DNA from: Macrostomum lignano
Lineage: Eukaryota
Direction of reading: 5' to 3'
DNA: 64,000 nucleotides
Assembly: GCA_002269645.1 (NCBI GenBank)
Contig: NIVC01000077.1
Coordinates: forward strand, 1 to 64,000
The translations under genes and the position numbers were made by a program. Every line of letters begins with the position of its first letter. Position 1 is the stretch's first letter. The notes below the pieces were generated by a model, which ran no database searches, had not been told where the DNA came from, and was given only the letters and a program-made list of their open reading frames with translations. This document shows positions 11,721 to 41,045 of the stretch, one piece after another.

Positions 11721-13781
11721 TACCAGTACCTGATTATTTTTACAACTTAGTTTGCTTCTTTTGCGAATTGTTTTTCTTTTGCTTCACGATTTTCCCTGAA
11801 CTGCTTTTTCTTTTGCTTTCCTCTTGCCTTTCTTGGTTCTTGTGTTTTTCTGTTTTTGGTTGACTCAATTTTGCGACTTACCCCTGGTCAGCCACGATTT
11901 ACGGTGGCCGGATCGGCCAGGTCGGCCAGCAGTTGCGCATGTATGATGAGCTTGTACTAAAATTATGATAGGTCATCCCATAGAAAGCTAGTAATAGAGA
12001 GGGTGGTCACTTCTTAGGAGGATAGGAAAATAGTCATCTAGGGGCAGCAGCCTCTTTTACCCCCTTGCTTATACTGCCATTGTAAAGTAATAAACATAAT
12101 ATGTTAATGCTACTAAGATTTATAAACTTTATTTTTTTGCAAATAAAACAAAAACAATAACTAGGCTAAAGCCGTAAAGGCACTAGGTTAAAAAACTTTT
12201 AATGGCAATAGTTACCTATTATGAGACACTTCAATTTCAACAAATTAATGCTTCAAACAATCAATTAATTTTCAAAGGAAAAGTAAGTTATATAGAATTT
12301 TTAGCTAAAATTGTTGCAATTACAAATATTGAAAACTGACCCAAATTCAGTAGTGGATTAAGGCATAGGGGGGAGGTGCACAGTGTTTGCAACTCCCCCA
12401 TTGTCAATTAAGTTTAATTTTTTTTCTAGGCCTATACCAACTAATTCATTAATAATAATGCTATGCCCTAATAATATTACCCAATGAGGCTTGTAGAAAT
12501 AATAGGTCCTAAATTGCCTTAAACACATAATACATAACTTTTGCGATTTCTCATAAGTCAGATGGGATAATGATGTAACTGATAGTATAATTTTATAGTG
12601 ATCGAATTGAATAGTCAAATTGATTGATCGAATTGGCCTAGTCGATTTTAATTGACTTGGTTAAATGGTTTCTGGTAATTTAATTAAATTACATAGTTTT
12701 GCTTGGGTTGTAGCATTAGAAAGTAAATACAGAGCTAAAACCAAATTGTCACGTGCCAATCTTTAACGACAATGAACATTGTATTTAAGCCTGACACCCC
12801 GCGTGCGGCCGCGTGGGCGGCGTGGCGTGTCCTAGGCAGAAGTGCTTTGTTTACAATAGATTGCCGAATCTTGAGTGGTAAGATTGCTTGTCGCTCGAAT
12901 TATATATTTTTTGTATTATCCCTAAACAGTAGCCCTTCTGAACATAAACCCAAATTTTAACTTAGACTATTTTTTATTACTTGTAAATACAATATGCATT
13001 TATTACAAGTCAAAGTAAAACCGGCAGCAAACTTTGTTAAAAGTTGTAACTGGTGTAAGCTTTCATTTATTCAATATCGGTTAAAGAATACTATTTTTCG
13101 TTGCCACACTGTTTTAATATCCAAAAATATCCAAGGGCAAGACAACCCATTTTTTTTTTAAAAAGAACTGGCTTTGCCTATTGTGACTCTCAAATCCTTT
13201 TTATTTATCTACGATTTCTATTCGTAGGTAAACCAAAGTCAATTAGATTAGATTACTAAGGTTCAAGTAAAAAACTTTAAGAGTCTACAATAAAAAGCCT
13301 CGAAGAACGTTTATAAATTTTGAAAAATGGTCACTTTATGTTCTGGAATTGAGTTTTGACTTTTAATAAAGTCACAGAAGCAGTTTTGGATAGAAAATTT
13401 TAGTTTTTAACGATTTCGATCCATCCAGATTTTTTTCGATTGCCACTACCAGTGACAAAAATTACTGAAAGAAGCAGACAAAATTTTATCATGATGTAGC
13501 TAGTATACAGCTCATATTTATGAACTTTTTTCTGTGTTCGATCGCATACCTGCCGACAGACCATTTTTAGTATATGGATTCAGGATTCTTTAATTTGAGC
13601 AATTACTTATTCCAGCCTTAGATATAGCCATATGCAGATCTAGAGCATACAACAGAAAAATTAGATTAATTATTAGTCTACATCGTTATTCTCAAATCAA
13701 TTATGACGTTTAGTTTTATACTATTATTTTTGTGTTTAAAAATACTCCCAGCAGAAATATCGCCTTTTCAATTGCATGTAA

Positions 13782-30357
<16,576 letters not shown>

Positions 30358-30499
30358 AAAAGCAAAATATTAATTGGTTTCCATGTCAATAACTAGCTGT
30401 AAACCATTCAGATTAAAACACAGTCACTCAATCGGTACTACAGTTACACAGAATCCTAGCGGTACCGCATTAAGAATCGCAATCTTATCACAATGGTTT

Positions 30500-31895
30500 G
30501 ATACAGATTCCCAGCAGTACCACAATTAGGCACAGATTCCCAGCAGTACCACAATTGGGCACAGATTCCCAGCAGTACCACAATTAGGCACAGATTCCCA
30601 GCAGTACCACAATTAGGCACAGATTCCCAGCAGTACCACAATTAGGCACAGATTCCCAGCAGTACCACAATTGGGCACAGATTCCCAGCAGTACCACAAT
30701 TAGGCACAGATTCCCAGCAGTACCACAATTAGGCACAGATTCCCAGCAGTACCACAATTAGGCACAGATTCCAGCAGTACCACAATTGGGCACAGATTCC
30801 CAGCAGTACCACAATTAGGCACAGATTCCCAGCAGTACCACAATTGGGCACAGATTCACTGCGGTACAAAAATGGGCATAGATTCACAGCGGTATCACAA
30901 TTGTGCACAGATTCACAGCGGTATCACAATTGTGCACAGATTCACAGCGGTATCACAATTGTGCACAGATTCACAGCGGTATCACAATTGAGCACAGATT
31001 CCCAGCAGTATCACAATTGTGCACAGATTCACAGCGGTATCACAATTGAGCACAGATTCCCGGCGGTACAACAATGGGCACATATTCCCAGCAGTACCAC
31101 AATTGTGCACAGATTCCCAGCGGTACCACAATGGGCACAGATTCACAGCGGTATCACAATTGTGCACAGATTCACAGCGGTATCACAATTGAGCACAGAT
31201 TCCCAGCAGTATCACAATTGTGCACAGATTCACAGCGGTATCACAATTGAGCACAGATTCCCGGCGGTACAACAATGGGCACATATTCCCAGCAGTACCA
31301 CAATTGTGCACAGATTCCCAGCGGTACCACAATGGGCACAGATCCACTGCGGTACAAAAATGGGCACAGATTCACAGCGGTATCACAAATGGGCACAGAT
31401 TCACAGCGGTATCACAATTGAGCACAGATTCACAGCGGTATCACAAATGGGCACAGATTCACAGCGGTATCACAATTGAGCACAGATTCTCAGCGGTATC
31501 ACAATTGGGCACAGATTCACAGCGGTACCACAATGGGCATAGATTCACAGCAGTATCACAATTGGGCATAGATTCCCAGCGGTACCACAATGGGCATAGA
31601 TTCACAGCGGTATCACAATTGGGCACAGATTCACAGCGGTACCACAATGGGCATAGATTCACAGCAGTATCACAAATGGGCACAGATTCACAGCGGTATC
31701 ACAATTGAGCACAGATTCCCGGCGGTACAACAATGGGCACATATTCCAGCAGTACCACAATTGGGCACAGATTCACAGCGGTATCACAATTGGGCATAGA
31801 TTCCCAGCGGTACCACAATGGGCATAGATTCACTGCGGTAACACAATGGGCACAGATTCACAGCGGTATCACAATTGGGCACAGATTCACAGCAG
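30500..31895. repeat. ~29-bp minisatellite
   Basis: (aggcacagattcccagcagtaccacaatt)n, grading into cacagattcacagcggtatcacaatt variants. Confidence 0.95.
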
Positions 31896-33169
31896 AACCG
31901 CAGTCACTGAGATTTGTAGCTATTATAAATCGTCCCACCACATGCCAGCCCAACTTGCCAGCCTCTCGCGCCCCATCACACTTCAGCTGGCGATCCAGTT
32001 CCCGGCCTGGGTCGCCGCGGAACCGACCACAGTCAACTGCCCGGCTGTCGAGTTGCGACGCCCGTAGCCGATTTGAAGCATGTGCTGCGCGTGGAAGGAG
32101 CAGCCAAGCGGTTGCACCTGGTACTCACTTCGCTACCAGCTTCCTCATCCGTGTCCACGGCGTCAGCTAGCGGGCACAAAGCTGCCTGGTGGCACTGTCC
32201 GGGCCGGTACTCGACAACGGAACGGCCGTATCCGCCGCGCCGGTCGCAGCTGGTTCAAAGGCTGCAGCTCAGACAGTCAACTGATTGATTTTTATAAAAC
32301 GTTCAAAACAAACCCTAATCTCTATCACTGAAGACTTAATGAAAGACGAATTTTACACTTAAGGGTGTAGGTTTTCTCAACTTATTATTTTAGAGTTGAA
32401 TATCGAATGTTTTCTAACTTGGATACTTCGATAAAAAATCAAAAAACAATTTTCATAAATTCGCTTTGAATAGTGGCAGTTTTACGTGTTCTTTTCTACC
32501 ATTAACTGCATCAGGCAGCTTTTTCTATGTAGCCGTCTTTGTTAGAGTAGTACAAACTGTAGAACAAATCTGTCTATATAATCACTTAATATTTATTAAC
32601 TTCAGGAAAATACTTCTGTTCTAATTTTAGCCAACGGACTACACAATTGTATTCTATGATTTGCAAAGCTTTACTTTTCTTACACTTTAAAAAATACTCA
32701 GAAAAAGCAGTTGTGAAGATAGATTGTCGTATTATATTGTCTTGAATTTCCCCAACTGAAATTTCATGGCAAAAATTGTTTGTCACTTGGTTCAGATTTT
32801 AAGAGTTATTGAAACCGAAAAAGTCTACGATATATATTTTAGCGTCAAGTTAATATACCAATGTTTTGTAAACATGTCTTACCTCCGGATGGAAACACTG
32901 CATATGCTTTTGTCAATGAATTAAAGATAGCTAATTATACAAATAAAACACCTCATAAGCATGCTATTTCGTTTCGCGACAGAAATCTGCGAAAATTTAA
33001 ACGAATTCAATCCGCGTACTTAGCCAGGGAAAAAAGTGGTTAAAAGTTTAAGTCAACTTGCACAATGGATAGAGAGCTATAAAACCGCGCCCAACTGAGC
33101 ACGCGAGCATTGCCTCGGGAGTTTTTTCACCTGAGTATCTATCTTCCAATGTGGCTTGCCTGCTACCCT

Positions 33170-36130
33170 CTCCGTAGCTGACACCCCTCTGTAGCTGACA
33201 CCCCTCTGTAGCTGACACCCCTCTGTAGTTGACACCCCTCTGTAACTGACATTCCCTCTGTAGCTGACATTCCCTCTAAACCAGACATTCCCTCTGTAGC
33301 TGACATTCCCTCTAAAGCTGACATTCCCTCTGAAGCTAACATCCCTCTGTAGCTGATATTCCTCTGTAGCTGACATCCCTCTGAAGCTGACATACCCTCT
33401 GTAACTGACATTCCCTCTGTAGCTGACATTCCTTCTGTAGCTGACATCCCTCTGTAGCTGGCATTCCCTCTGTAGCTGACACCCCTCTGTAGCTGACATC
33501 CCTCTGTAGCTGACGTTCCTTCTGTAGCTGACACCCCTCTGTAGCTGACACCCCTCGGTAGCTGACACCCCTCTGTAGCTGACATTCCCTCTGAAGCTGA
33601 CATTCCCTCTGTAACTGACATTCCTTCTGTAGCTGACATTCCCTCTAAAGCTGACATTCCCTCTGTAGCTGACATACCCTCTGTAGCTGACATCCCTCCG
33701 AAGCTGACATACCCTCTGTAACTGACGTTCCTTCTGTAGCTGACACCCCTCTGTAGTTGACACCCCTCTGTAGCTGGCATTCCCTCTGTAGCTGACACCC
33801 CTCTGTAGCTGACATCCCTCTGTAGCTGACAACCCTCTGTAGCTGACTCCCCTCGGTAGCTGACACCCCTCTGTAGCTGACACCCCTCTGTAGCTGGCAT
33901 TCCCTCTGTAGCTAACATTTCCTCTGAAGCTGACATACCCTCTGTAGCTGACATCCCTCTGAAGCTGACATTCCCTCTGTAGCTGACATTCCTTCTGTAG
34001 CTGACACCGCTCTGTAGCTGACACCCCTCGGTAGCTGACACCCCTCTGTAGCTGACATTCCCTCTGTAGCTGACATTCCCTCTGTAACTGACATTCCCTC
34101 TGTAGCTGGCATTCCCTCTGAAGCTGACATACCCTCTGTAGCTGACATCCCTCCGAAGCTGACATACCCTCTGTAACTGACGTTCCTTCTGTAGCTGACA
34201 CCCCTCTGTAGTTGACACCCCTCTGTAGCTGGCATTCCCTCTGTAGCTGACACCCCTCGGTAGCTGACACCCCTCTGTAGCTGACATTCCCTCTGTAGCT
34301 GACATTCCCTCTGTAACTGACATTCCCTCTGAAGCTGACATACCCTCTGTAGCTGACATCCCTCCGAAGCTGACATACCCTCTGTAACTGACGTTCCTTC
34401 TGTAGCTGACACCCCTCTGTAGTTGACACCCCTCTGTAGCTGGCATTCCCTCTGTAGCTGACACCCCTCTGTAGCTGACATCCCTCTGTAGCTGACAACC
34501 CTCTGTAGCTGACACCCCTCGGTAGCTGACACCCCTCTGTAGCTGACACCCCTCTGTAGCTGGCATTCCCTCTGTAGCTAACATTTCCTCTGAAGCTGAC
34601 ATACCCTCTGTAGCTGACATCCCTCTGAAGCTGACATTCCCTCTGTAGCTGACATTCCTTCTGTAGCTGACACCGCTCTGTAGCTGACACCCCTCGGTAG
34701 CTGACACCCCTCTGTAGCTGACATTCCCTCTGTAGCTGACATTCCCTCTGTAACTGACATTCCCTCTGTAGCTGACATTCCCTTTAAAGCTGACATTCCC
34801 TCTGTAGCTGACATTCCCTCTGTAGCTGACATTCCCTCTGTAACTGACATTCCCTCTGAAGCTGACATACCCTCTGTAGCTGACATCCCTCCGAAGCTGA
34901 CATACCCTCTGTAACTGACGTTCCTTCTGTAGCTGACACCCCTCTGTAGTTGACACCCCTCTGTAGCTGGCATTCCCTCTGTAGCTGACACCCCTCTGTA
35001 GCTGACATCCCTCTGTAGCTGACAACCCTCTGTAGCTGACACCCCTCGGTAGCTGACACCCCTCTGTAGCTGACACCCCTCTGTAGCTGGCATTCCCTCT
35101 GTAGCTAACATTTCCTCTGAAGCTGACATACCCTCTGTAGCTGACATCCCTCTGAAGCTGACATTCCCTCTGTAGCTGACATTCCTTCTGTAGCTGACAC
35201 CGCTCTGTAGCTGACACCCCTCGGTAGCTGACACCCCTCTGTAGCTGGCATTCCCTCTGTAGCTGACATTCCCTCTGTAGCTGGCATTCCCTCTGAAGCT
35301 GACATTCCCTCTGTAGCTGACATTCCTTCTGTAGCTGACACCGCTCTGTAGCTGACACCCCTCGGTAGCTGACACCCCTCTGTAGCTGACATTCCCTCTG
35401 TAGCTGACATTCCCTCTGTAACTGACATTCCCTCTGTAGCTGGCATTCCCTCTGTAGCTGACACCCCTCTGTAGCTGACATTCCCTCTGTAACTGACATT
35501 CCCTCTGTAACTGACATTCCCTCTGTAACTGACATTCCCTCTGTAGCTGACATACCCTCTGTACCTGACATTCCCTCTGTAGCTGGCATTCCCTCTGTAG
35601 CTGACACCCCTCTGTAGCTGACATTCCCTCTGTAACTGACATTCCCTCTGTAACTGACATTCCCTCTGTAACTGACATTCCCTCTGTAGCTGACATACCC
35701 TCTGTACCTGACATTCCCTCTGTAGCTGGCATTCCCTCTGTAGCTGACACCCCTCTGTAGCTGACATTCCCTCTGTAGCTGACACCCCTCTGTAGCTGAC
35801 ATTCCCTCTGTAACTGACATTCCCTCTGTAACTGACATTCCCTCTGTAGCTGACATACCCTCTGTAGCTGACATCCCTCTGTAGCTGACGTTCCTTCTGT
35901 AGCTGACACCCCTCGGTAGCTGACACCCCTCGGTAGTTGACACCCCTCGGTAGCTGACACCCCTCGGTAGCTGACACCCATCGGTAGCTGACACCCCTCG
36001 GTAGCTGACACCCCTCGCTAGCTGACAACTCTCTGTAGCTGACATCCCTCTGTAGCTGAGTTCCTCTGTAGCTGACATCCCTCTGTAGCTGAAATTCCTC
36101 TGTAGCTGACATCCCTCTGTAGCTGATATT
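33170..36130. repeat. 17/18-bp satellite array, ~3 kb
   Basis: Mixed units agctgacacccctctgt (17) and agctgacattccctctgt (18); source of the 971-aa and 537-aa pseudo-ORFs. Confidence 0.97.
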
Positions 36131-36201
36131 CATAATGTTTTTTTTCTGTGAATTCGCAGCCTATTAATCTAATAATATGGGAGAGTGAAGCCAGAATTTA
36201 T

Positions 36202-37305
36202 TTAGTTCCAGGCTCTGACAAAGAACAATCCAACGACATAAGTGAGATTTCTGGGCACCAGAGCAAAGCTCAGCAGGTAACAGAGGCTCTCGGCCTGGGA
36301 GTAGATGAAGGCCTGGCAGCTTGAGTTGCAGCTGAGTGAGCAGTCAAGCGTGGCACCGGCGCTGGCAGTCCAATAAAGCGGCTTTAAGTAGTTTGATGAG
36401 GTAGTCAGGTAGTCTCTCTCAGCTTGATAGAATCGATCGCATCCGACTGAAATGCCGGAGAAATCCCAAAGAATGCTTTTTGTACATGACGTGTGGGTTG
36501 CTTCGCAAACCGGCGAGATTCATGTATTGGATTGGAAATCATAACTTTCTGGATACTATAGACTATAGAAATACGCCTGATCCACTGCAAGTTGAGACCA
36601 GGCCGCTGCAATCGCACAGCACATTCGAGGGCTGTTTTCAGCTCAAATTGTCACTTGCTCATTGTGGTTGCCTCGAATTTACCCATACTTAAATTTATCT
36701 AAACTTAACTTTAGTTAGGGCTATAGCCATCTCCCTCAGGTCTAGAATATTCTCGAACTAATTTTCTTACATCTCGACATCTTTGATTTAGCTGACTTGA
36801 ATACTTCTGCAAAGTCGAACGTCAGAGCAACTCTGTGAGGACTTGTTAGCCCAGATTACAGCAGAAGTATCTCACCGGGTTTCCTATGAGCATAGACCGA
36901 ATTAATCCATGCCGCTCCGCAACGTTGAGAACCGTCTCCCAGGCAGGCTTTCGAGCATTTGGACTCGCCAAGAGCGCCGTACAGTCCGTATCTGCGGCCG
37001 CACAAGCAAGCATTCGAGTTCTGTACTCCAAAATACGGAAAGCCTCCGATTGAGCAGATGGAGCTGCACAGTTCGGGTCGCATGCTGTCTGACGCGACAA
37101 AACCCCCGTCATATGTTTGAGCCACACTGTACTTCCCGAGCATTTTGATGCCGAAAAGTCCATCGAGATCTCGAATTATCGTGTCATTGTAGCAACCGAC
37201 GTAATCAAAATTATTCGCAACTGATGAAAGCACCAGATGTAGCTTTGATAGTAGAAACAGGCAGCAGGACACTGTCCATTTTAGATCCAAATCGATGTGC
37301 TGCAT
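36202..37305 (-). CDS. secreted WSC + PAN/Apple-like protein, paralog 2 (224 aa); exons 37305-36876, 36446-36202
   Basis: Signal peptide, 8-Cys WSC domain, phase-1 intron. Exon 2 (absent from the ORF track) reads VGCDRFYQ...CSLSCNSSCQAFIYSQAESLCYLLSFALVPRNLTYVVGLFFVRAWN*. AATAAA overlaps the stop codon. Confidence 0.88.
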
Positions 37306-37462
37306 GTTGGGGTCTAACTGACTTCAGTGGAAGCTTAGACATTGAAATCAATGTGCTGCATGTTGGGGTCTAGCTGACTTCAGTTGAAGCTTAGACATTG
37401 AAATCGATGTGCTGCATGTTGGGGTCTAGCTGACTTCAGTTGAAGCTTAGACATAGAAATCA
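37291..37462. repeat. 56-bp tandem triplication spanning the start codon of WSC paralog 2
   Basis: gatgtgctgcatgttggggtct...agacattgaaatc repeated, with minus-strand ATGs at 37305, 37361 and 37417. Confidence 0.9.
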
Positions 37463-37929
37463 AATAAAGCCATGAGTGTGTAGCAACGCGAGGCTTTTAT
37501 GTCATAAAAAATGAAATGGAGACACAATGGCAAACAATGTATACGGCTATTAGAAATCATCAGATGCGTTTCTGTTTGAATATCACTTTCTATTTGCATT
37601 TCCCCTGGAATTGAGGAATACGATCGTATATAATGGTCTATAGTTGCCTAAAATGGACGGTTTCCCGTGCTTTCTTAGCTGCATGCATCTAATACAAAAA
37701 GCAATGAAAGCTTTTAGAGACTGAGACAGGAAGCTGTAGTGAAACGAATCAATTTTTTTGAAGCTTTGTTAGTAGCTCTGCGAGCACTCGATGCATTTAA
37801 TATACGACGATTTTTAGCTTTTGGATGTCACTGCATGTTTTATTAAATGTAAATTGCATATCCTGTATGCAGGAGTACATACATGTAATTGCAGAGCCAT
37901 TATATTTGCAGTGCCATTATATTTGCACA

Positions 37930-39985
37930 CCCGTGCAAATAGAGCTGACACCTCCTGGCATCGCGGCCAGATCACCAGCCCGCGGATGACCTCGGTTGGC
38001 TCGGAAGGCCGCGCTCTGGCTGCGGCAGCAAAGCTCAGCACAGCAGGGACTCGCATAGGTCAGCGCAGCGCGCAGCGTCGACCGCGCCTCCAGCAGAGCG
38101 TGCATTGCATCTCGCTGTCCCCGCGACTGATGCGGGTTGACCTGCGACTGTGCGCCCGCTGCATCCGGCTGTTCTGCGCGTATGCACCCACTGCTGCTCA
38201 CCCCGAGGAGGCTCGTGCCTTCTTCGACTTCCTGGCTGAGCAGCTGGAAGAAGTGCCAAACCGCGACACGCTGGCAGTGCTCGGAGACCTGAACCCGGAG
38301 GACCGCAGAAATGAATTGCGCGACTTCTTCGCCGGCATCGTGAACGCGCCCGCATCGCCGCTGGCTGCCAGTTTTGCGCTCTCACTGGACACGCCGCTCC
38401 CAGCTGAGGACTTCTGCACCAGTCCAGTCACCACGGAGGACGTTGTGCTGTTCGCTCGGAAAACATCAGGCGGCAAGGCGCTTGGCCCCGACGAAGTCCC
38501 GGTCGAAGCGCTGCGGCTCCGCTGTGTGGCCTCCCAGGTCACAGGCGTCATGAACCACGTGCTCGCTGGTGCTCCTGCGCCCACCAAGTGGACCGTCGCG
38601 CACATCGTGCCGATCCCGAAAAAGGCAGGGCCGGACAACGCGGAAAGAAGACCACCGCGGGATCTCGCTGATGTCCTGCATCGCGAAGCTCTTCAATCGG
38701 CTGCTGCTCGATCGTCTGCAGTCGGTGCTGGACCCGTACCTGCGGTACGAGCAGAACGGATTCCGGCCACAGTGACACAGATCCTCGCACTCCGCCGGGT
38801 CATCGAGGAGGCGGCCATCCACCAGTCTACACTGATAATTGTCTTCGTTGACTTTCGAAAAGCGTTTGATTCGGTGCTGAGAGCCTTCCGTCGTCCTTCG
38901 AGCCTACCGGGTCCCGCAGCAGCTAATCGACGCTATCATGTTGCTGTATCGCGATACTCGAGCTGCTGTGGTGACGGCGGACGGCCTGTCTGACCTGTTC
39001 GATACTTCATCAGGAGTTCTGCAGGGCGACACGCTAGCGCCGTTCCTCTTCGTGCTGCTGCTGGACTGGTTGCTTCGGACCGCACTCCCCTCGGCTAATG
39101 ACGGCTTCCTGCTGCGCAGACGCATCGGTCGCCGACACGGCGAAAAGCACCAAAGAGTGCTTGGCTAAGCCGACGACCTCGCCCTCCTGTCCTCGTCCGT
39201 TGAAGGCGCCCAGCGCCAGATCGACAGGCTGGTCGAGGTGGCATCGAGCGTCGGTCTGATCGTCAACACGCTGAAGACCTAGGTGCTGACTGTGCCGGCC
39301 GAAATTTCAGCGGACCTGACGTGCCGCGGCGCAGACGGGCAGACGACCAGGCTCGCACGCTGCCAGCGGTTCACCTACCTCGGCGGGTCTGGTGCCCCAC
39401 GTGGAAGAGGACCTCCGGCGGTGCAGAGGACTCGCCTGGGCGGCCTTTCGTTCGATCCGAGCCGTCCTCCAGTCCGAAGCGCTGCCCGACCGCCAGAGGG
39501 CTCGGCTGTGGCAGGCGGTGGTCGAAACCGTCCTGCTATACAAAGCCGAGACATGGACCCTGACGGCTACGCTAGAGCGGCAGCTTGACTCGGTGCACTC
39601 AGGGCTGCTCCATGTAGCTTTTTAAACTGACGAGAGCGCCGGGACCGAAGCCCTGTACGATCGGGCCAAGCTGCAGCGTCCGTCCACCATCCTGCGCCGG
39701 CGGCGATTTCAACTGGAGGGCCACGTGATCCGGGCCGAGGGCTACTGCCCCCAACCCGTTCAGGACGTCCTGCTGCTCACCTTGCAGGGTCCATTCAGGC
39801 GGGGTCAGGCCCGGACCCGTCGATATGTGGACTGCCTGCTGTGCGACGCTGGGGCATCCGACACTGCCAACGGAGCGGCCGACTTCGTTCGCTCCCAAGC
39901 TCTGCGACGCGCCATCTGACTCGCCCTGCCTTAACTGTGACCTTTGCTCGCAGGGCCGCGTATTTTGTTGTTGTTGTTATTGTTT
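37930..39985 (+). mobile_element. inactivated non-LTR retrotransposon (RTE-like LINE), APE + RT remnants
   Basis: Endonuclease remnant AYAPT...LAVLGDLN. RT motifs KALGPDEVP, VDFRKAFDSV, GVLQGDTLAPFLF (39022) and YADD mutated to *ADD (TAA at 39166). Several frameshifts and a (TTG)n 3' tail at ~39965-39985. Confidence 0.9.
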
Positions 39986-40296
39986 GTATATCCTACAATT
40001 CTTCTGTGTAGTAATATATGGTATATACGCTATAAATAAGCTAAATTTGTCACCAAACATTTTATCAACAATTATTGATTGTATTTATTGAGGTAGGCAG
40101 CAGTATGTTGCAGTATTTTGCTTCGAAAAAAACATGTACCGCGCAGATAAAAAACAACCGGCCGGTGGGCCCGTTTTAAGTGTTTCAGTCAACGTGTATG
40201 TTCTTTTTTATCATATATATACATGTATATTTGATATATATTGCATTTCTTGGGCTTATAACTCTCATAGTTATTAGGCATTGTGCATAGTTATTT

Positions 40297-41045
40297 CTAC
40301 TTTCTAATAAGAAACACACCGTCAATAGTGCCGATCTCTCTGGGCACGAGAGCAAAGCTTAGCAGGTAACAGACGCTCTTGAGCTGCGAGTAGATGAAGG
40401 CCTGACAGCTGGAGTTGCAGCTGAACGAGCACTGGATCACATTGTTGACATTGGCAGTCCAATAGGTTTGTCGTGAGGGCCGGAAATTTATGGTTGACGT
40501 CTTCAGGTAGGCCCTTGGCGACTGGCGATATCCGAGGCATGGAGCTGGGGAATGCGGGACGTTTTTCAAGTTGCACGGTTATACGAGCTACGAGTAGATA
40601 AACAGACAGAACCCTATACAAATCGATCCAACACACCCTGGTACTGAATAGCGAACACCGAATTTCTAAGAGCTCCACCGCAGTACTGCTTGGAACTGCC
40701 GGAGCAAAGCATGTCGCAGCCTGAACTGGCTGCACCATACGACCCGTAGCTGGCACCGCAGAAGCACTCCGAACTGTACTGCAGTCCGAAGTAGGCAAAT
40801 CCACCGAGCGAGCAAGCGTTGCTACAAAACTCAGCTGTCATATGGTGGCTACGAATGACTCCATGCTTGGCACCAACATCCAGGCTGCCGAGTTTCAATA
40901 TGCCCCGCAGACCAGTCAAATCTCTGGCCTTATCGGGGTTGTCAACGTAGCAGCCAATGTAGTGGTACACGTAGGATCGACAAACGACAGGTTGCAGAAG
41001 CAGAAGACAGCAGACAGCACAGCCGATGCTGCTTTGACTTTCCAT
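40297..41045 (-). CDS. secreted WSC + PAN/Apple-like protein, paralog 3 (218 aa); exons 41045-40637, 40544-40297
   Basis: Signal peptide, 8-Cys WSC domain, phase-1 intron, then APCLGYRQ...CSFSCNSSCQAFIYSQLKSVCYLLSFALVP. Confidence 0.88.

Noticed and set aside
12792-12836. GC-rich stem-loop followed by CTAG, resembling a Helitron 3' end
   Set aside because: It is not followed by T, no matching 5' TC end was found, and it may simply be promoter-region CpG-rich sequence.
33077-36133. 971-aa, 537-aa and other long ORFs (SYRGNV/ATEG repeats)
   Set aside because: They arise from 17/18-bp satellite units lacking stops in some frames and are open in several frames at once.
40322-40804. 160-aa minus-strand ORF overlapping WSC paralog 3
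   Set aside because: An alternative frame; the paralog-conserved WSC and PAN-like sequences lie in other frames.
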